Below are positions 37,942 to 51,798 of a stretch of 64,000 nt of DNA, one piece after another. Numbering within the stretch: position 1 is the stretch's first letter; each line of letters opens with the position of its first letter. Both the position numbers and the translations under genes were made by a program. This stretch comes from Escherichia coli (GTDB lineage Bacteria > Pseudomonadota > Gammaproteobacteria > Enterobacterales > Enterobacteriaceae), in NCBI RefSeq assembly GCF_003334785.1, contig NZ_QOWV01000004.1; one strand, given 5' to 3'. Below the pieces are notes generated by a model, which made no database searches, was not told the origin of the DNA, and saw only the letters and a list, made by a program, of their open reading frames with translations.

Positions 37942-38524
37942 GTTTATCCCTTTTCTCACGCAGTGCGTTAAAATTACTTAATAATTCATACGTTTCAACC
38001 AGCGGTAAGCCGACTACGGCGTGATAGCTGCCATTTATCTTCCTGACAAAACAGCCACCCAGCCCCTGAATACCGTATGCACCTGCTTTATCTAACGGTT
38101 CATCGCTGGCGACATAGCCCGCGATGTCTTCGTCTGTTAACGTTCTGAAAGTCACATCGGTGACCACCAGGCAATCGAGAATGTGCTGGCTGTCGGCCAA
38201 CGCCACTGCTGTCATCACCTGATGGGTCTGACCCGATAATTTGCGCAACATCTGCGCCGCATGCTCTGCGTCGCGCGGTTTCTCCAGCACTTCTCCGTTC
38301 AGGATAACGATAGTATCCGCACCCAGCACCGGGAGATCCTTCGCCGTTTGCGCGACACCTGCCCGTGCTTTCTCGCGCGCCAGACGCACAACATACTGCT
38401 GCGCGCTCTCCTGCGGCTGACGCTGCTCCTCAATGCCCGTAACAATACGTTCAAAGGTCACGCCAAGTTGCGCAAGTAACTCCTGACGACGCGGAGAACC
38501 GGAAGCTAAATACAGAGAAGTCAT
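37931..38524 (-). CDS. yhdE: Maf-family nucleoside triphosphate pyrophosphatase, 197 aa
   Basis: Start trimmed to [17 protein letters not shown]; 11-nt overlap with rng start. Confidence 0.9.
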   Translation of the reverse strand: MTSLYLASGSPRRQELLAQLGVTFERIVTGIEEQRQPQESAQQYVVRLAREKARAGVAQTAKDLPVLGADTIVILNGEVLEKPRDAEHAAQMLRKLSGQTHQVMTAVALADSQHILDCLVVTDVTFRTLTDEDIAGYVASDEPLDKAGAYGIQGLGGCFVRKINGSYHAVVGLPLVETYELLSNFNALREKRDKHDG

Positions 38525-38532
38525 AGAAACCT

Positions 38533-40124
<1,592 letters not shown>

Positions 40125-40189
40125 AAGTTATGCGTATTCTCGTATCAGACCAGGCAGGGTAAACAGACACTTCCCCTGCCTGCATCCGA

Positions 40190-41359
<1,170 letters not shown>

Positions 41360-41537
41360 TTACAAATCTCTGCCTGAGTCCAGAAAGGCTTAATGCATCA
41401 GCAGCATTCCTCGCCTGTTTGCAACCGCGTAAGGTCATTCATCTGCATATGTGCTGCAACAATCTGGCGAGCAGACAAGCACACTCCCATGAGACGCAGC
41501 GCGCGTTATTCTACGTGAAAACGGATTAAACGGCAGG

Positions 41538-43478
41538 TTAAACCGAGTATCTTTGTGAATATTTTTTCACGTTAGTATCAAGTGGCTGTGAGGACGCGAA
41601 AAAATCCCCTTGCCCGCCTGTAACACCGCGCTGAATCAGGGTCTGCCACTCGCTTCGCGAACGCACGCCGGTGGCGTAAACCTGGGTGCTGGTCCCGGAG
41701 CAGGCTTCCACCAGGCTTTGAACCAGCAGCTGGTTCTCCGTTCGCTTCTCAATGTTTCTGACCAGCCCCGGATGGAGCTTGAGTAACTCAACATTAAGTT
41801 CTTTGATCCAACTGGTACTTACCAGCGTCAAACCAGCCTGGTTGACGGCTACCCGTACCCCTAAAGCATTCACTAAACGAATAACAGGTTGTAAACGACT
41901 GATATGTTGACCTACATCGGCCTCTGCAAGTTCAATAATTATGCGTTTTCGTTGTGATTTTTCACATTGCATTAACGTATCGCGCAGCCAACGCTGAAAA
42001 CGCGGGCGAATCAGCGACTCAACGGTAACCTGAATCGCCAGATTTTCCTCTGGCCAGTAACGCAATAGTGGAATAAGACGGCTGATTTGCAGACGGTCAT
42101 ACTCTTCCGATAAGCCAAACTGCAAGACCATCGGCATATACTCCGCCGAGCTAACCTCTTCATTACCATCGAAGATGCGGCACATGAGTTCGCGATGATG
42201 AACCTGACCTTCGCGAGTAACCGCCGGTTTTTGATAAAGGCGCGGGCCGCCGCGACTGAGCATTTGCTCGATAAGCGTACGCCAGCGAACATTACCGCGT
42301 CCTTTTTCAGGCAACGAGTCATCGTAAATAGCCCAGCTATTGCCGCCCTGCAATCCCGCATTACGCGTGGCAGACTCTGCATGTTCCATTACCTGCTCGG
42401 TATCCTGACCACTACGCCAGGCGCAGATACCAATGTGGATCATATCGTCGCGATCGAGCATTTTATTGTTCGGCAAGGTATCAACGGCTTTGATTAACTG
42501 ACCGGCGATGCTCTCTGCCTCTTTTAACGTCCGGTGCGGTAACAGCGCAGCAAAATCACTGCGGTGGTAACGCGCCAGCAGTGCGCCAGGGTAGCGCATC
42601 ATAAATGTCGACAGCAGATTCGTCAGAGTGAAGAACTGTTCTTCAACCTGGCTGTGCCCCCAGGTATCGCTCAACATATTGAAATCCGGCAGACGAATCA
42701 TCATCACGATCCCGTGGGTACCTACTTTCTCCTGATCTTCCAGTAACGTTGCTAACTGATTATCGAAAAAGAGTCGGTTATTGAGGCCGGTTTTCACGTC
42801 CTGGGCGGCATAAGAGCGGATCAGCGTATCAAGACGGCTGTGTTGTTCGCGTGCGTTCTGAATTTCACGAAGCAGCGTATCCAGCGCACTGCTGGTTCTG
42901 GGCGGCCATTCATAGATGGTTCCCAACACATTAGAGCCACGCTCACCGTTTAAGATACGAGTAGCCCGGGTTTCCAGCAATTCTTGCCCGGCAAGTTGCC
43001 GTTGTAACCAGCGTACCGCCAGGAAGAGCATAACAATGATAAAGCCAATCGCCCCCGTGAGCGGCGCGGTGGTCATCAACGAATGGAAATAGTTGCCCAT
43101 CGGATCCTGATAAACCAGACGCAACGACATCCCCGGATGCTTTATCAACGGAACGCTCAGTTCGCGAAACAGATCGCTGGAGCCAACTGGACGATAACTA
43201 CCATTTCTGGCCAGGGTATAAACCTGTTTATCACCATGGAGCAGGTCTACACGAACGATATCTGCCGACATCATTAATTCGGTAATTTGTGGCCTTAATA
43301 CGCTGAAGTCATTCGACACAAGGTGGGTATCAATCGCCGTCGCCACCGCCTGAACGCGATGACTAAACTTATACTGAATGGCGTTGTAGAAACTTAGCGA
43401 ACAGCCCAGCAAAGTCACAAAAATTGTTAACCCGGTGAGCAGCGTAACAAAGGCCGAAAATTTCGTCGTTAATCTCAT
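41538..43478 (-). CDS. csrD: Degenerate GGDEF-EAL membrane protein CsrD (targets CsrB/CsrC for RNase E decay), 646 aa
   Basis: N-terminal TM segments followed by GGDEF-like and EAL-like regions. Confidence 0.9.
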   Translation of the reverse strand: MRLTTKFSAFVTLLTGLTIFVTLLGCSLSFYNAIQYKFSHRVQAVATAIDTHLVSNDFSVLRPQITELMMSADIVRVDLLHGDKQVYTLARNGSYRPVGSSDLFRELSVPLIKHPGMSLRLVYQDPMGNYFHSLMTTAPLTGAIGFIIVMLFLAVRWLQRQLAGQELLETRATRILNGERGSNVLGTIYEWPPRTSSALDTLLREIQNAREQHSRLDTLIRSYAAQDVKTGLNNRLFFDNQLATLLEDQEKVGTHGIVMMIRLPDFNMLSDTWGHSQVEEQFFTLTNLLSTFMMRYPGALLARYHRSDFAALLPHRTLKEAESIAGQLIKAVDTLPNNKMLDRDDMIHIGICAWRSGQDTEQVMEHAESATRNAGLQGGNSWAIYDDSLPEKGRGNVRWRTLIEQMLSRGGPRLYQKPAVTREGQVHHRELMCRIFDGNEEVSSAEYMPMVLQFGLSEEYDRLQISRLIPLLRYWPEENLAIQVTVESLIRPRFQRWLRDTLMQCEKSQRKRIIIELAEADVGQHISRLQPVIRLVNALGVRVAVNQAGLTLVSTSWIKELNVELLKLHPGLVRNIEKRTENQLLVQSLVEACSGTSTQVYATGVRSRSEWQTLIQRGVTGGQGDFFASSQPLDTNVKKYSQRYSV

Positions 43479-43629
43479 CCTTGTGTTAACTCCGATAGTG
43501 AGGAAGCGGGCATACTAGCAAATCAGATTTATCTCGCAATTTATTGCGCTTCATCGGCTTTGCTTTTCCATTAGCGAGTATAGTCTTCAGAAATTATTTT
43601 CCAATCCATCATGCACATGAGGACCACTT

Positions 43630-44604
43630 ATGCAGGCGTTACTTTTAGAACAGCAGGACGGCAAAACTCTCGCATCAGTACAGACTCTGGACGAAAGTCG
43701 CCTGCCGGAGGGCGATGTCACGGTCGATGTTCACTGGTCGAGCCTGAACTATAAAGATGCGCTGGCGATTACCGGTAAGGGAAAAATCATCCGTAATTTT
43801 CCGATGATTCCTGGGATCGATTTTGCCGGAACTGTACGCACCAGCGAAGATCCGCGTTTTCATGCCGGTCAGGAGGTGTTACTCACTGGCTGGGGCGTTG
43901 GTGAAAACCACTGGGGTGGGCTGGCGGAGCAGGCGCGAGTGAAAGGTGACTGGCTGGTTGCCATGCCGCAAGGGCTGGACGCGCGTAAAGCAATGATTAT
44001 CGGTACTGCCGGTTTTACCGCCATGCTGTGTGTGATGGCGCTGGAAGATGCCGGTGTTCGCCCGCAGGACGGGGAGATTGTCGTGACGGGTGCCAGTGGT
44101 GGCGTCGGCAGTACCGCCGTGGCGCTGCTGCATAAGTTGGGTTATCAGGTCGTTGCCGTTTCCGGTCGCGAAAGTACCCATGAATATCTGAAAAGTTTAG
44201 GTGCTAGCCGTGTTCTCCCTCGTGATGAGTTTGCCGAATCCCGTCCTCTGGAAAAACAAGTCTGGGCTGGGGCAATTGACACCGTTGGCGACAAAGTGCT
44301 GGCAAAAGTGCTGGCGCAAATGAATTACGGCGGCTGCGTGGCGGCCTGTGGTCTGGCGGGTGGTTTTACTCTGCCAACCACGGTCATGCCATTTATTCTG
44401 CGTAATGTCCGTTTGCAAGGGGTGGATTCAGTAATGACGCCACCAGAACGCCGCGCACAAGCCTGGCAGCGACTGGTCGCCGATTTACCGGAATCATTCT
44501 ATACCCAGGCGGCAAAAGAGATATCTCTGTCAGAGGCACCGAACTTTGCCGAGGCCATCATTAATAACCAGATCCAGGGTCGCACGCTGGTGAAGGTTAA
44601 CTAA
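43630..44604 (+). CDS. acuI: NADPH-dependent acrylyl-CoA reductase / MDR-family oxidoreductase, 324 aa
   Basis: MQALLLEQQDGKTLASVQTLDESRLPEGDVTVDVHWSSLNYKD...; GASGGVG cofactor motif. Confidence 0.9.
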   Translation: MQALLLEQQDGKTLASVQTLDESRLPEGDVTVDVHWSSLNYKDALAITGKGKIIRNFPMIPGIDFAGTVRTSEDPRFHAGQEVLLTGWGVGENHWGGLAEQARVKGDWLVAMPQGLDARKAMIIGTAGFTAMLCVMALEDAGVRPQDGEIVVTGASGGVGSTAVALLHKLGYQVVAVSGRESTHEYLKSLGASRVLPRDEFAESRPLEKQVWAGAIDTVGDKVLAKVLAQMNYGGCVAACGLAGGFTLPTTVMPFILRNVRLQGVDSVMTPPERRAQAWQRLVADLPESFYTQAAKEISLSEAPNFAEAIINNQIQGRTLVKVN

Positions 44605-45581
44605 CCATTTAGCAGGGAATAATAAGAGAGGGAACTCATTTTGAAATCATTATTCAATCGGTTAACGGGAAAAGCGGTTAGCCGGACAGCTTTCGTCGAA
44701 CACCTTGGTCAGGAAGTTATACAACATCATCCAAACTGGAAAGTCATGATTTCGACTGACCACAAATTGATGCGCATTGATACTCCACTAAACAGCTATT
44801 ATTGATACGCCTCCGTCGCCTGTTAGGTTTATGGTGCTTTGCCTGGGCGACGCTACGCTTAGCCCCTTACTTATTTCTGGTACCATGGGGTGAATAATCT
44901 GATTTTGTTTGACTACAAATTAATCACTCGAACCTATTTAATGCTGAGCATTGTCAATCGGTTAATTTTGCGTGCTTTAGCATTCACATCTATCCAGACG
45001 ATGCAGTGAAAATTGGGTAATCCCCAGCAACCGCTGCGTAATGTCGTCTATCTTGTCGCGATCCTGGCATCCCTACATTATTTGTGGTCTGTGAAGATTA
45101 TCTCATTGCAGCCCCTCATCTTCGCAGGGCTGGCTTTTCAGCTTTTCACCTTACGTTATAAGAAGTTCCGTCGATGATGGCGCTAATTTCGTGAATTGTG
45201 CGGCTTGTTGCAAATTACACGGTGTTGAAGGTTATTTACATGTTAGCTGTTGATTATCTTCCCTGATAAGACCAGTATTTAGCTGCCAATTGCTACGAAA
45301 TCGTTATAATGTGCGACCTCGTCCTCCCTGACGCAGTTTTTGCGCTGCGGAAAAGGTGACATTGGCGCAACGAAGGTATATTTTGTTTTTTGCCGGAGGA
45401 TAGCAGCAGATCGCTGCACAATGTCCGTCAAGTCTAACATTGACACTCTGGGGCAAAATAGACCGGCGTCCCGGCCTGCTGGAATTTATCGCTATGCATA
45501 CAGCTGTCGGGGCATACGCTTTACAGACGGCGGTGAAACGCCTGTCACAATCACACTAAACAAAGAGTACGGAACCCACTC

Positions 45582-46052
45582 ATGGATATTCGTAAGATTA
45601 AAAAACTGATCGAGCTGGTTGAAGAATCAGGCATCTCCGAACTGGAAATTTCTGAAGGCGAAGAGTCAGTACGCATTAGCCGTGCAGCTCCTGCCGCAAG
45701 TTTCCCTGTGATGCAACAAGCTTACGCTGCACCAATGATGCAGCAGCCAGCTCAATCTAACGCAGCCGCTCCGGCGACCGTTCCTTCCATGGAAGCGCCA
45801 GCAGCAGCGGAAATCAGTGGTCACATCGTACGTTCCCCGATGGTTGGTACTTTCTACCGCACCCCAAGCCCGGACGCAAAAGCGTTCATCGAAGTGGGTC
45901 AGAAAGTCAACGTGGGCGATACCCTGTGCATCGTTGAAGCCATGAAAATGATGAACCAGATCGAAGCGGACAAATCCGGTACCGTGAAAGCAATTCTGGT
46001 CGAAAGTGGACAACCGGTAGAATTTGACGAGCCGCTGGTCGTCATCGAGTAA
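45582..46052 (+). CDS. accB: Biotin carboxyl carrier protein of acetyl-CoA carboxylase, 156 aa
   Basis: Pro/Ala-rich linker and biotinylation motif EAMKMMN. Confidence 0.95.
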
Positions 46053-46062
46053 CGAGGCGAAC

Positions 46063-47412
46063 ATGCTGGATAAAATTGTTATTGCCAACCGCGGCGAGAT
46101 TGCATTGCGTATTCTTCGTGCCTGTAAAGAACTGGGCATCAAGACTGTCGCTGTGCACTCCAGCGCGGATCGCGATCTAAAACACGTATTACTGGCAGAT
46201 GAAACGGTCTGTATTGGCCCTGCTCCGTCAGTAAAAAGTTATCTGAACATCCCGGCAATCATCAGCGCCGCTGAAATCACCGGCGCAGTAGCAATCCATC
46301 CGGGTTACGGCTTCCTCTCCGAGAACGCCAACTTTGCCGAGCAGGTTGAACGCTCCGGCTTTATCTTCATTGGCCCGAAAGCAGAAACCATTCGCCTGAT
46401 GGGCGACAAAGTATCCGCAATCGCGGCGATGAAAAAAGCGGGCGTCCCTTGCGTACCGGGTTCTGACGGCCCGCTGGGCGACGATATGGATAAAAACCGT
46501 GCCATTGCTAAACGCATTGGTTATCCGGTGATTATCAAAGCCTCCGGCGGCGGCGGCGGTCGCGGTATGCGCGTAGTGCGCGGCGACGCTGAACTGGCAC
46601 AATCCATCTCCATGACCCGTGCGGAAGCGAAAGCTGCTTTCAGCAACGATATGGTTTACATGGAGAAATACCTGGAAAATCCTCGCCACGTCGAGATTCA
46701 GGTACTGGCTGACGGTCAGGGCAACGCTATCTATCTGGCGGAACGTGACTGCTCCATGCAACGCCGCCACCAGAAAGTGGTCGAAGAAGCGCCAGCACCG
46801 GGCATTACCCCGGAACTGCGTCGCTACATCGGCGAACGTTGCGCTAAAGCGTGTGTTGATATCGGCTATCGCGGTGCAGGTACTTTCGAGTTCCTGTTCG
46901 AAAACGGCGAGTTCTATTTCATCGAAATGAACACCCGTATTCAGGTAGAACACCCGGTTACAGAAATGATCACCGGCGTTGACCTGATCAAAGAACAGCT
47001 GCGTATCGCTGCCGGTCAACCGCTGTCGATCAAGCAAGAAGAAGTTCACGTTCGCGGCCATGCGGTGGAATGTCGTATCAACGCCGAAGATCCGAACACC
47101 TTCCTGCCAAGTCCGGGCAAAATCACCCGTTTCCACGCACCTGGCGGTTTTGGCGTACGTTGGGAGTCTCATATCTACGCGGGCTACACCGTACCGCCGT
47201 ACTATGACTCAATGATCGGTAAGCTGATTTGCTACGGTGAAAACCGTGACGTGGCGATTGCCCGCATGAAGAATGCGCTGCAGGAGCTGATCATCGACGG
47301 TATCAAAACCAACGTTGATCTGCAGATCCGCATCATGAATGACGAGAACTTCCAGCATGGTGGCACTAACATCCACTATCTGGAGAAAAAACTCGGTCTT
47401 CAGGAAAAATAA
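46063..47412 (+). CDS. accC: Biotin carboxylase, 449 aa
   Basis: Start trimmed to [16 protein letters not shown] with GAGG SD; ATP-grasp fold. Confidence 0.95.
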
Positions 47413-47428
47413 GACTGCTAAAGCGTCA

Positions 47429-47457
47429 AAAGGCCGGATTTTCCGGCCTTTTTTATT
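47429..47457 (+). terminator. Intrinsic terminator after accBC (AAAGGCCGGA-ttt-TCCGGCCTTTTTT)
   Basis: GC hairpin + T-run read directly 17 nt after accC stop. Confidence 0.75.
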
Positions 47458-47520
47458 ACTGGGGATCGACAACCCCCATAAGGTACAATCCCCGCTTTCT
47501 TCACCCATCAGGGACAAAAA

Positions 47521-47763
47521 ATGGACACTCGTTTTGTTCAGGCCCATAAAGAGGCGCGCTGGGCGCTGGGGCTGACCCTTTTGTATCTGGCAGTTTGGTT
47601 AGTAGCCGCTTACTTATCTGGCGTTGCCCCCGGTTTTACCGGCTTTCCGCGCTGGTTTGAGATGGCCTGCATCCTGACGCCGCTGCTGTTTATTGGACTG
47701 TGCTGGGCGATGGTGAAATTTATCTATCGCGATATCCCACTGGAGGATGACGATGCAGCTTGA
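47521..47763 (+). CDS. yhdT: Small inner-membrane protein YhdT (DUF997), 80 aa
   Basis: Two hydrophobic helices; 3' end overlaps panF start. Confidence 0.8.
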   Translation: MDTRFVQAHKEARWALGLTLLYLAVWLVAAYLSGVAPGFTGFPRWFEMACILTPLLFIGLCWAMVKFIYRDIPLEDDDAA

Positions 47764-49204
47764 AGTAATTCTACCGCTGGTCGCCTATCTGGTGGTGGTG
47801 TTCGGTATCTCGGTTTATGCGATGCGTAAACGGAGCACCGGCACCTTCCTTAATGAGTATTTCCTCGGCAGCCGCTCTATGGGCGGTATTGTGCTGGCGA
47901 TGACGCTCACCGCGACCTATATCAGTGCCAGTTCGTTTATCGGCGGGCCAGGAGCTGCTTATAAATACGGGCTGGGCTGGGTATTGCTGGCGATGATTCA
48001 GCTTCCTGCAGTCTGGCTTTCACTCGGTATTCTCGGCAAGAAGTTTGCGATTCTTGCGCGCCGCTACAATGCAGTGACGCTGAACGATATGCTGTTTGCC
48101 CGCTACCAGAGTCGTCTTCTGGTGTGGCTGGCGAGTTTGAGTTTGCTGGTTGCGTTCGTTGGTGCGATGACCGTGCAGTTTATCGGCGGTGCGCGCCTGC
48201 TGGAAACCGCGGCGGGTATTCCTTATGAAACCGGGCTGCTGATTTTTGGTATCAGCATTGCGTTATATACCGCCTTTGGTGGCTTTCGCGCCAGCGTGCT
48301 GAACGACACCATGCAAGGGCTTGTGATGCTGATTGGCACCGTTGTGCTGCTTATTGGCGTAGTACATGCCGCTGGCGGCTTAAGTAACGCAGTACAGACC
48401 TTGCAAACCATCGATCCGCAACTGGTTACGCCACAAGGCGCTGACGATATTCTGTCGCCTGCCTTTATGACGTCGTTCTGGGTACTGGTGTGTTTTGGCG
48501 TGATTGGCCTGCCGCATACTGCGGTGCGCTGTATCTCTTATAAAGACAGCAAAGCCGTACATCGGGGGATCATCATCGGTACGATTGTGGTCGCAATTCT
48601 GATGTTCGGTATGCACCTGGCCGGAGCGTTAGGTCGGGCGGTGATCCCCGATCTCACCGTACCGGACCTGGTGATCCCAACGTTAATGGTAAAAGTGCTG
48701 CCACCGTTTGCTGCCGGGATCTTCCTGGCTGCACCGATGGCTGCGATCATGTCGACAATTAACGCCCAACTGCTGCAAAGTTCCGCTACGATCATTAAAG
48801 ATCTCTATCTGAATATCCGTCCGGATCAAATGCAAAACGAGACGCGTCTGAAGCGGATGTCGGCGGTAATTACGTTAGTTCTCGGCGCGTTGCTGCTGCT
48901 TGCCGCCTGGAAGCCGCCAGAAATGATCATCTGGCTGAATTTGTTGGCCTTCGGTGGGCTGGAAGCCGTTTTCCTGTGGCCGCTGGTGCTGGGTCTTTAC
49001 TGGGAACGCGCCAACGCCAAAGGCGCGCTAAGTGCGATGATCGTTGGCGGCGTGCTGTATGCCGTACTCGCGACGCTGAATATTCAGTACCTGGGCTTCC
49101 ACCCTATCGTGCCCTCGTTACTACTAAGTTTGCTGGCTTTCCTGGTCGGAAACCGTTTCGGTACATCCGTCCCGCAAGCTACCGTTTTGACTACTGATAA
49201 ATAA
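47753..49204 (+). CDS. panF: Sodium/pantothenate symporter, 483 aa
   Basis: Start chosen at ATG 47753 ([10 protein letters not shown]); SSS-family polytopic transporter. Confidence 0.9.
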
Positions 49205-49215
49205 AGAGTTTTGCC

Positions 49216-50097
49216 ATGCCTTGGATCCAACTGAAACTGAACACCACCGGCGCGAACGCGGAAGATCTTAGCGATGCGCTGATGGAAGCGGGTGCCGTTT
49301 CTATCACTTTTCAGGATACCCACGATACGCCAGTATTTGAACCGCTGCCGGGCGAAACGCGCCTGTGGGGCGACACCGATGTGATTGGTCTGTTCGACGC
49401 TGAAACCGATATGAACGACGTGGTGGCGATTCTGGAAAACCATCCGCTGCTCGGCGCAGGCTTCGCGCATAAAATCGAACAACTAGAAGATAAAGACTGG
49501 GAGCGCGAATGGATGGATAATTTCCACCCGATGCGCTTTGGTGAACGACTGTGGATCTGCCCTAGCTGGCGTGATGTGCCGGACGAAAACGCCGTCAACG
49601 TGATGTTAGATCCAGGGCTGGCGTTTGGTACGGGTACCCATCCAACCACCTCTCTGTGCCTGCAATGGCTCGACAGCCTCGATTTAACCGGTAAAACAGT
49701 CATCGACTTTGGCTGTGGTTCCGGCATTCTGGCGATCGCGGCGCTGAAACTGGGTGCAGCAAAAGCCATTGGTATTGATATCGATCCGCAGGCGATTCAG
49801 GCCAGCCGCGATAACGCCGAACGTAATGGCGTTTCTGACCGTCTGGAACTCTACTTACCGAAAGATCAGCCAGAAGAAATGAAAGCCGACGTGGTGGTCG
49901 CTAACATCCTTGCAGGCCCATTACGTGAACTGGCACCGTTAATCAGCGTCCTGCCGGTTTCAGGCGGTTTGCTGGGCCTTTCCGGTATTCTGGCAAGCCA
50001 GGCAGAGAGCGTTTGTGAAGCTTATGCCGATAGCTTCGCACTGGACCCGGTCGTGGAAAAAGAAGAGTGGTGCCGTATTACCGGTCGTAAGAATTAA
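49216..50097 (+). CDS. prmA: Ribosomal protein L11 methyltransferase, 293 aa
   Basis: [10 protein letters not shown]...; SAM-binding [10 protein letters not shown] motif. Confidence 0.9.
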
Positions 50098-50354
50098 CCT
50101 TCGCATCGCCGTAGGGTGACGCGGGGCGAAGTGCGAGCAAGCTCACAAAAGGCACGTAAATTTGCCGATTATTTACGCAAATTTGCGTGCCAAAATTTTC
50201 ATTCATAAAGAAAAATTGAGAACTTACTCAAATTTCTTTGAGTGTAAATTTTAGTCACTATTTTCTAATATGATGATTTTTATGAGTAATTATCGCACCA
50301 CGCTCATTTTAAATGCAATTCTTTGATCCATCTCAGAGGATTGGTCAAAGTTTG

Positions 50355-50392
50355 GCCTTTCATCTCGTGCAAAAAATGCGTAATATACGCCG
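50355..50392 (+). promoter_or_regulatory. dusB-fis promoter (-35 TTCATC, 16-nt spacer, -10 TAATAT, GC-rich discriminator)
   Basis: Hexamers and GCCGCC discriminator read directly about 40 bp upstream of dusB ATG; A/T tracts upstream consistent with Fis/IHF sites. Confidence 0.55.
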
Positions 50393-50425
50393 CCTTGCAG
50401 TCACAGTATGGTCATTTCTTAACTC

Positions 50426-51391
50426 ATGCGCATCGGACAATATCAGCTCAGAAATCGCCTGATCGCAGCGCCCATGGCTGGCATTACAGACAGACCTTTT
50501 CGGACGTTGTGCTACGAGATGGGAGCCGGATTGACAGTATCCGAGATGATGTCTTCTAACCCACAGGTTTGGGAAAGCGACAAATCTCGTTTACGGATGG
50601 TGCACATTGATGAACCCGGTATTCGCACCGTGCAAATTGCTGGTAGCGATCCGAAAGAAATGGCAGATGCAGCACGTATTAACGTGGAAAGCGGTGCCCA
50701 GATTATTGATATCAATATGGGTTGCCCGGCTAAAAAAGTGAATCGCAAGCTCGCAGGTTCAGCCCTCTTGCAGTACCCGGATGTCGTTAAATCGATCCTT
50801 ACCGAGGTCGTCAATGCAGTGGACGTTCCTGTTACCCTGAAGATTCGCACCGGCTGGGCACCGGAACACCGTAACTGCGAAGAGATTGCCCAACTGGCTG
50901 AAGACTGTGGCATTCAGGCTCTGACCATTCATGGCCGTACACGCGCCTGTTTGTTCAATGGAGAAGCTGAGTACGACAGTATTCGGGCAGTTAAGCAGAA
51001 AGTTTCCATTCCGGTTATCGCGAATGGCGACATTACTGACCCGCTTAAAGCCAGAGCTGTGCTCGACTATACAGGGGCGGATGCCCTGATGATAGGCCGC
51101 GCAGCTCAGGGAAGACCCTGGATCTTTCGGGAAATCCAGCATTATCTGGACACTGGGGAGTTGCTGCCCCCGCTGCCTTTGGCAGAGGTTAAGCGCTTGC
51201 TTTGCGCGCACGTTCGGGAACTGCATGACTTTTATGGTCCGGCAAAAGGGTACCGAATTGCACGTAAACACGTTTCCTGGTATCTCCAGGAACACGCTCC
51301 AAATGACCAGTTTCGGCGCACATTCAACGCCATTGAGGATGCCAGCGAACAGCTGGAGGCGTTGGAGGCATACTTCGAAAATTTTGCGTAA
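50426..51391 (+). CDS. dusB: tRNA-dihydrouridine synthase B, 321 aa
   Basis: [26 protein letters not shown]...; TIM-barrel flavoenzyme motifs. Confidence 0.9.
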   Translation: MRIGQYQLRNRLIAAPMAGITDRPFRTLCYEMGAGLTVSEMMSSNPQVWESDKSRLRMVHIDEPGIRTVQIAGSDPKEMADAARINVESGAQIIDINMGCPAKKVNRKLAGSALLQYPDVVKSILTEVVNAVDVPVTLKIRTGWAPEHRNCEEIAQLAEDCGIQALTIHGRTRACLFNGEAEYDSIRAVKQKVSIPVIANGDITDPLKARAVLDYTGADALMIGRAAQGRPWIFREIQHYLDTGELLPPLPLAEVKRLLCAHVRELHDFYGPAKGYRIARKHVSWYLQEHAPNDQFRRTFNAIEDASEQLEALEAYFENFA

Positions 51392-51416
51392 ACAGAAATA
51401 AAGAGCTGACAGAACT

Positions 51417-51713
51417 ATGTTCGAACAACGCGTAAATTCTGACGTACTGACCGTTTCTACCGTTAACTCTCAGGATCAGGTAACCCAAAAACCCCTGCGT
51501 GACTCGGTTAAACAGGCACTGAAGAACTATTTTGCTCAACTGAATGGTCAGGATGTGAATGACCTCTATGAGCTGGTACTGGCTGAAGTAGAACAGCCCC
51601 TGTTGGACATGGTGATGCAATACACCCGTGGTAACCAGACCCGTGCTGCGCTGATGATGGGCATCAACCGTGGTACGCTGCGTAAAAAATTGAAAAAATA
51701 CGGCATGAACTAA
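51417..51713 (+). CDS. fis: Nucleoid-associated DNA-binding protein Fis, 98 aa
   Basis: [45 protein letters not shown]... Confidence 0.97.
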
Positions 51714-51741
51714 TTCAGGTTAGCTAAATGCTTGATTAAAA

Positions 51742-51776
51742 AGGCGCTACTCGGCATGGGGAAGCGCCTTTTTTAT
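51742..51776 (+). terminator. Intrinsic terminator after fis
   Basis: GGCGCT...AGCGCC hairpin followed by TTTTTT. Confidence 0.7.
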
Positions 51777-51798
51777 AGGTGTCACAAAGGGAGTGACC

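Noticed and set aside
46228-47172. 314-aa minus-strand ORF inside accC
   Set aside because: Antisense to the highly conserved biotin carboxylase frame.
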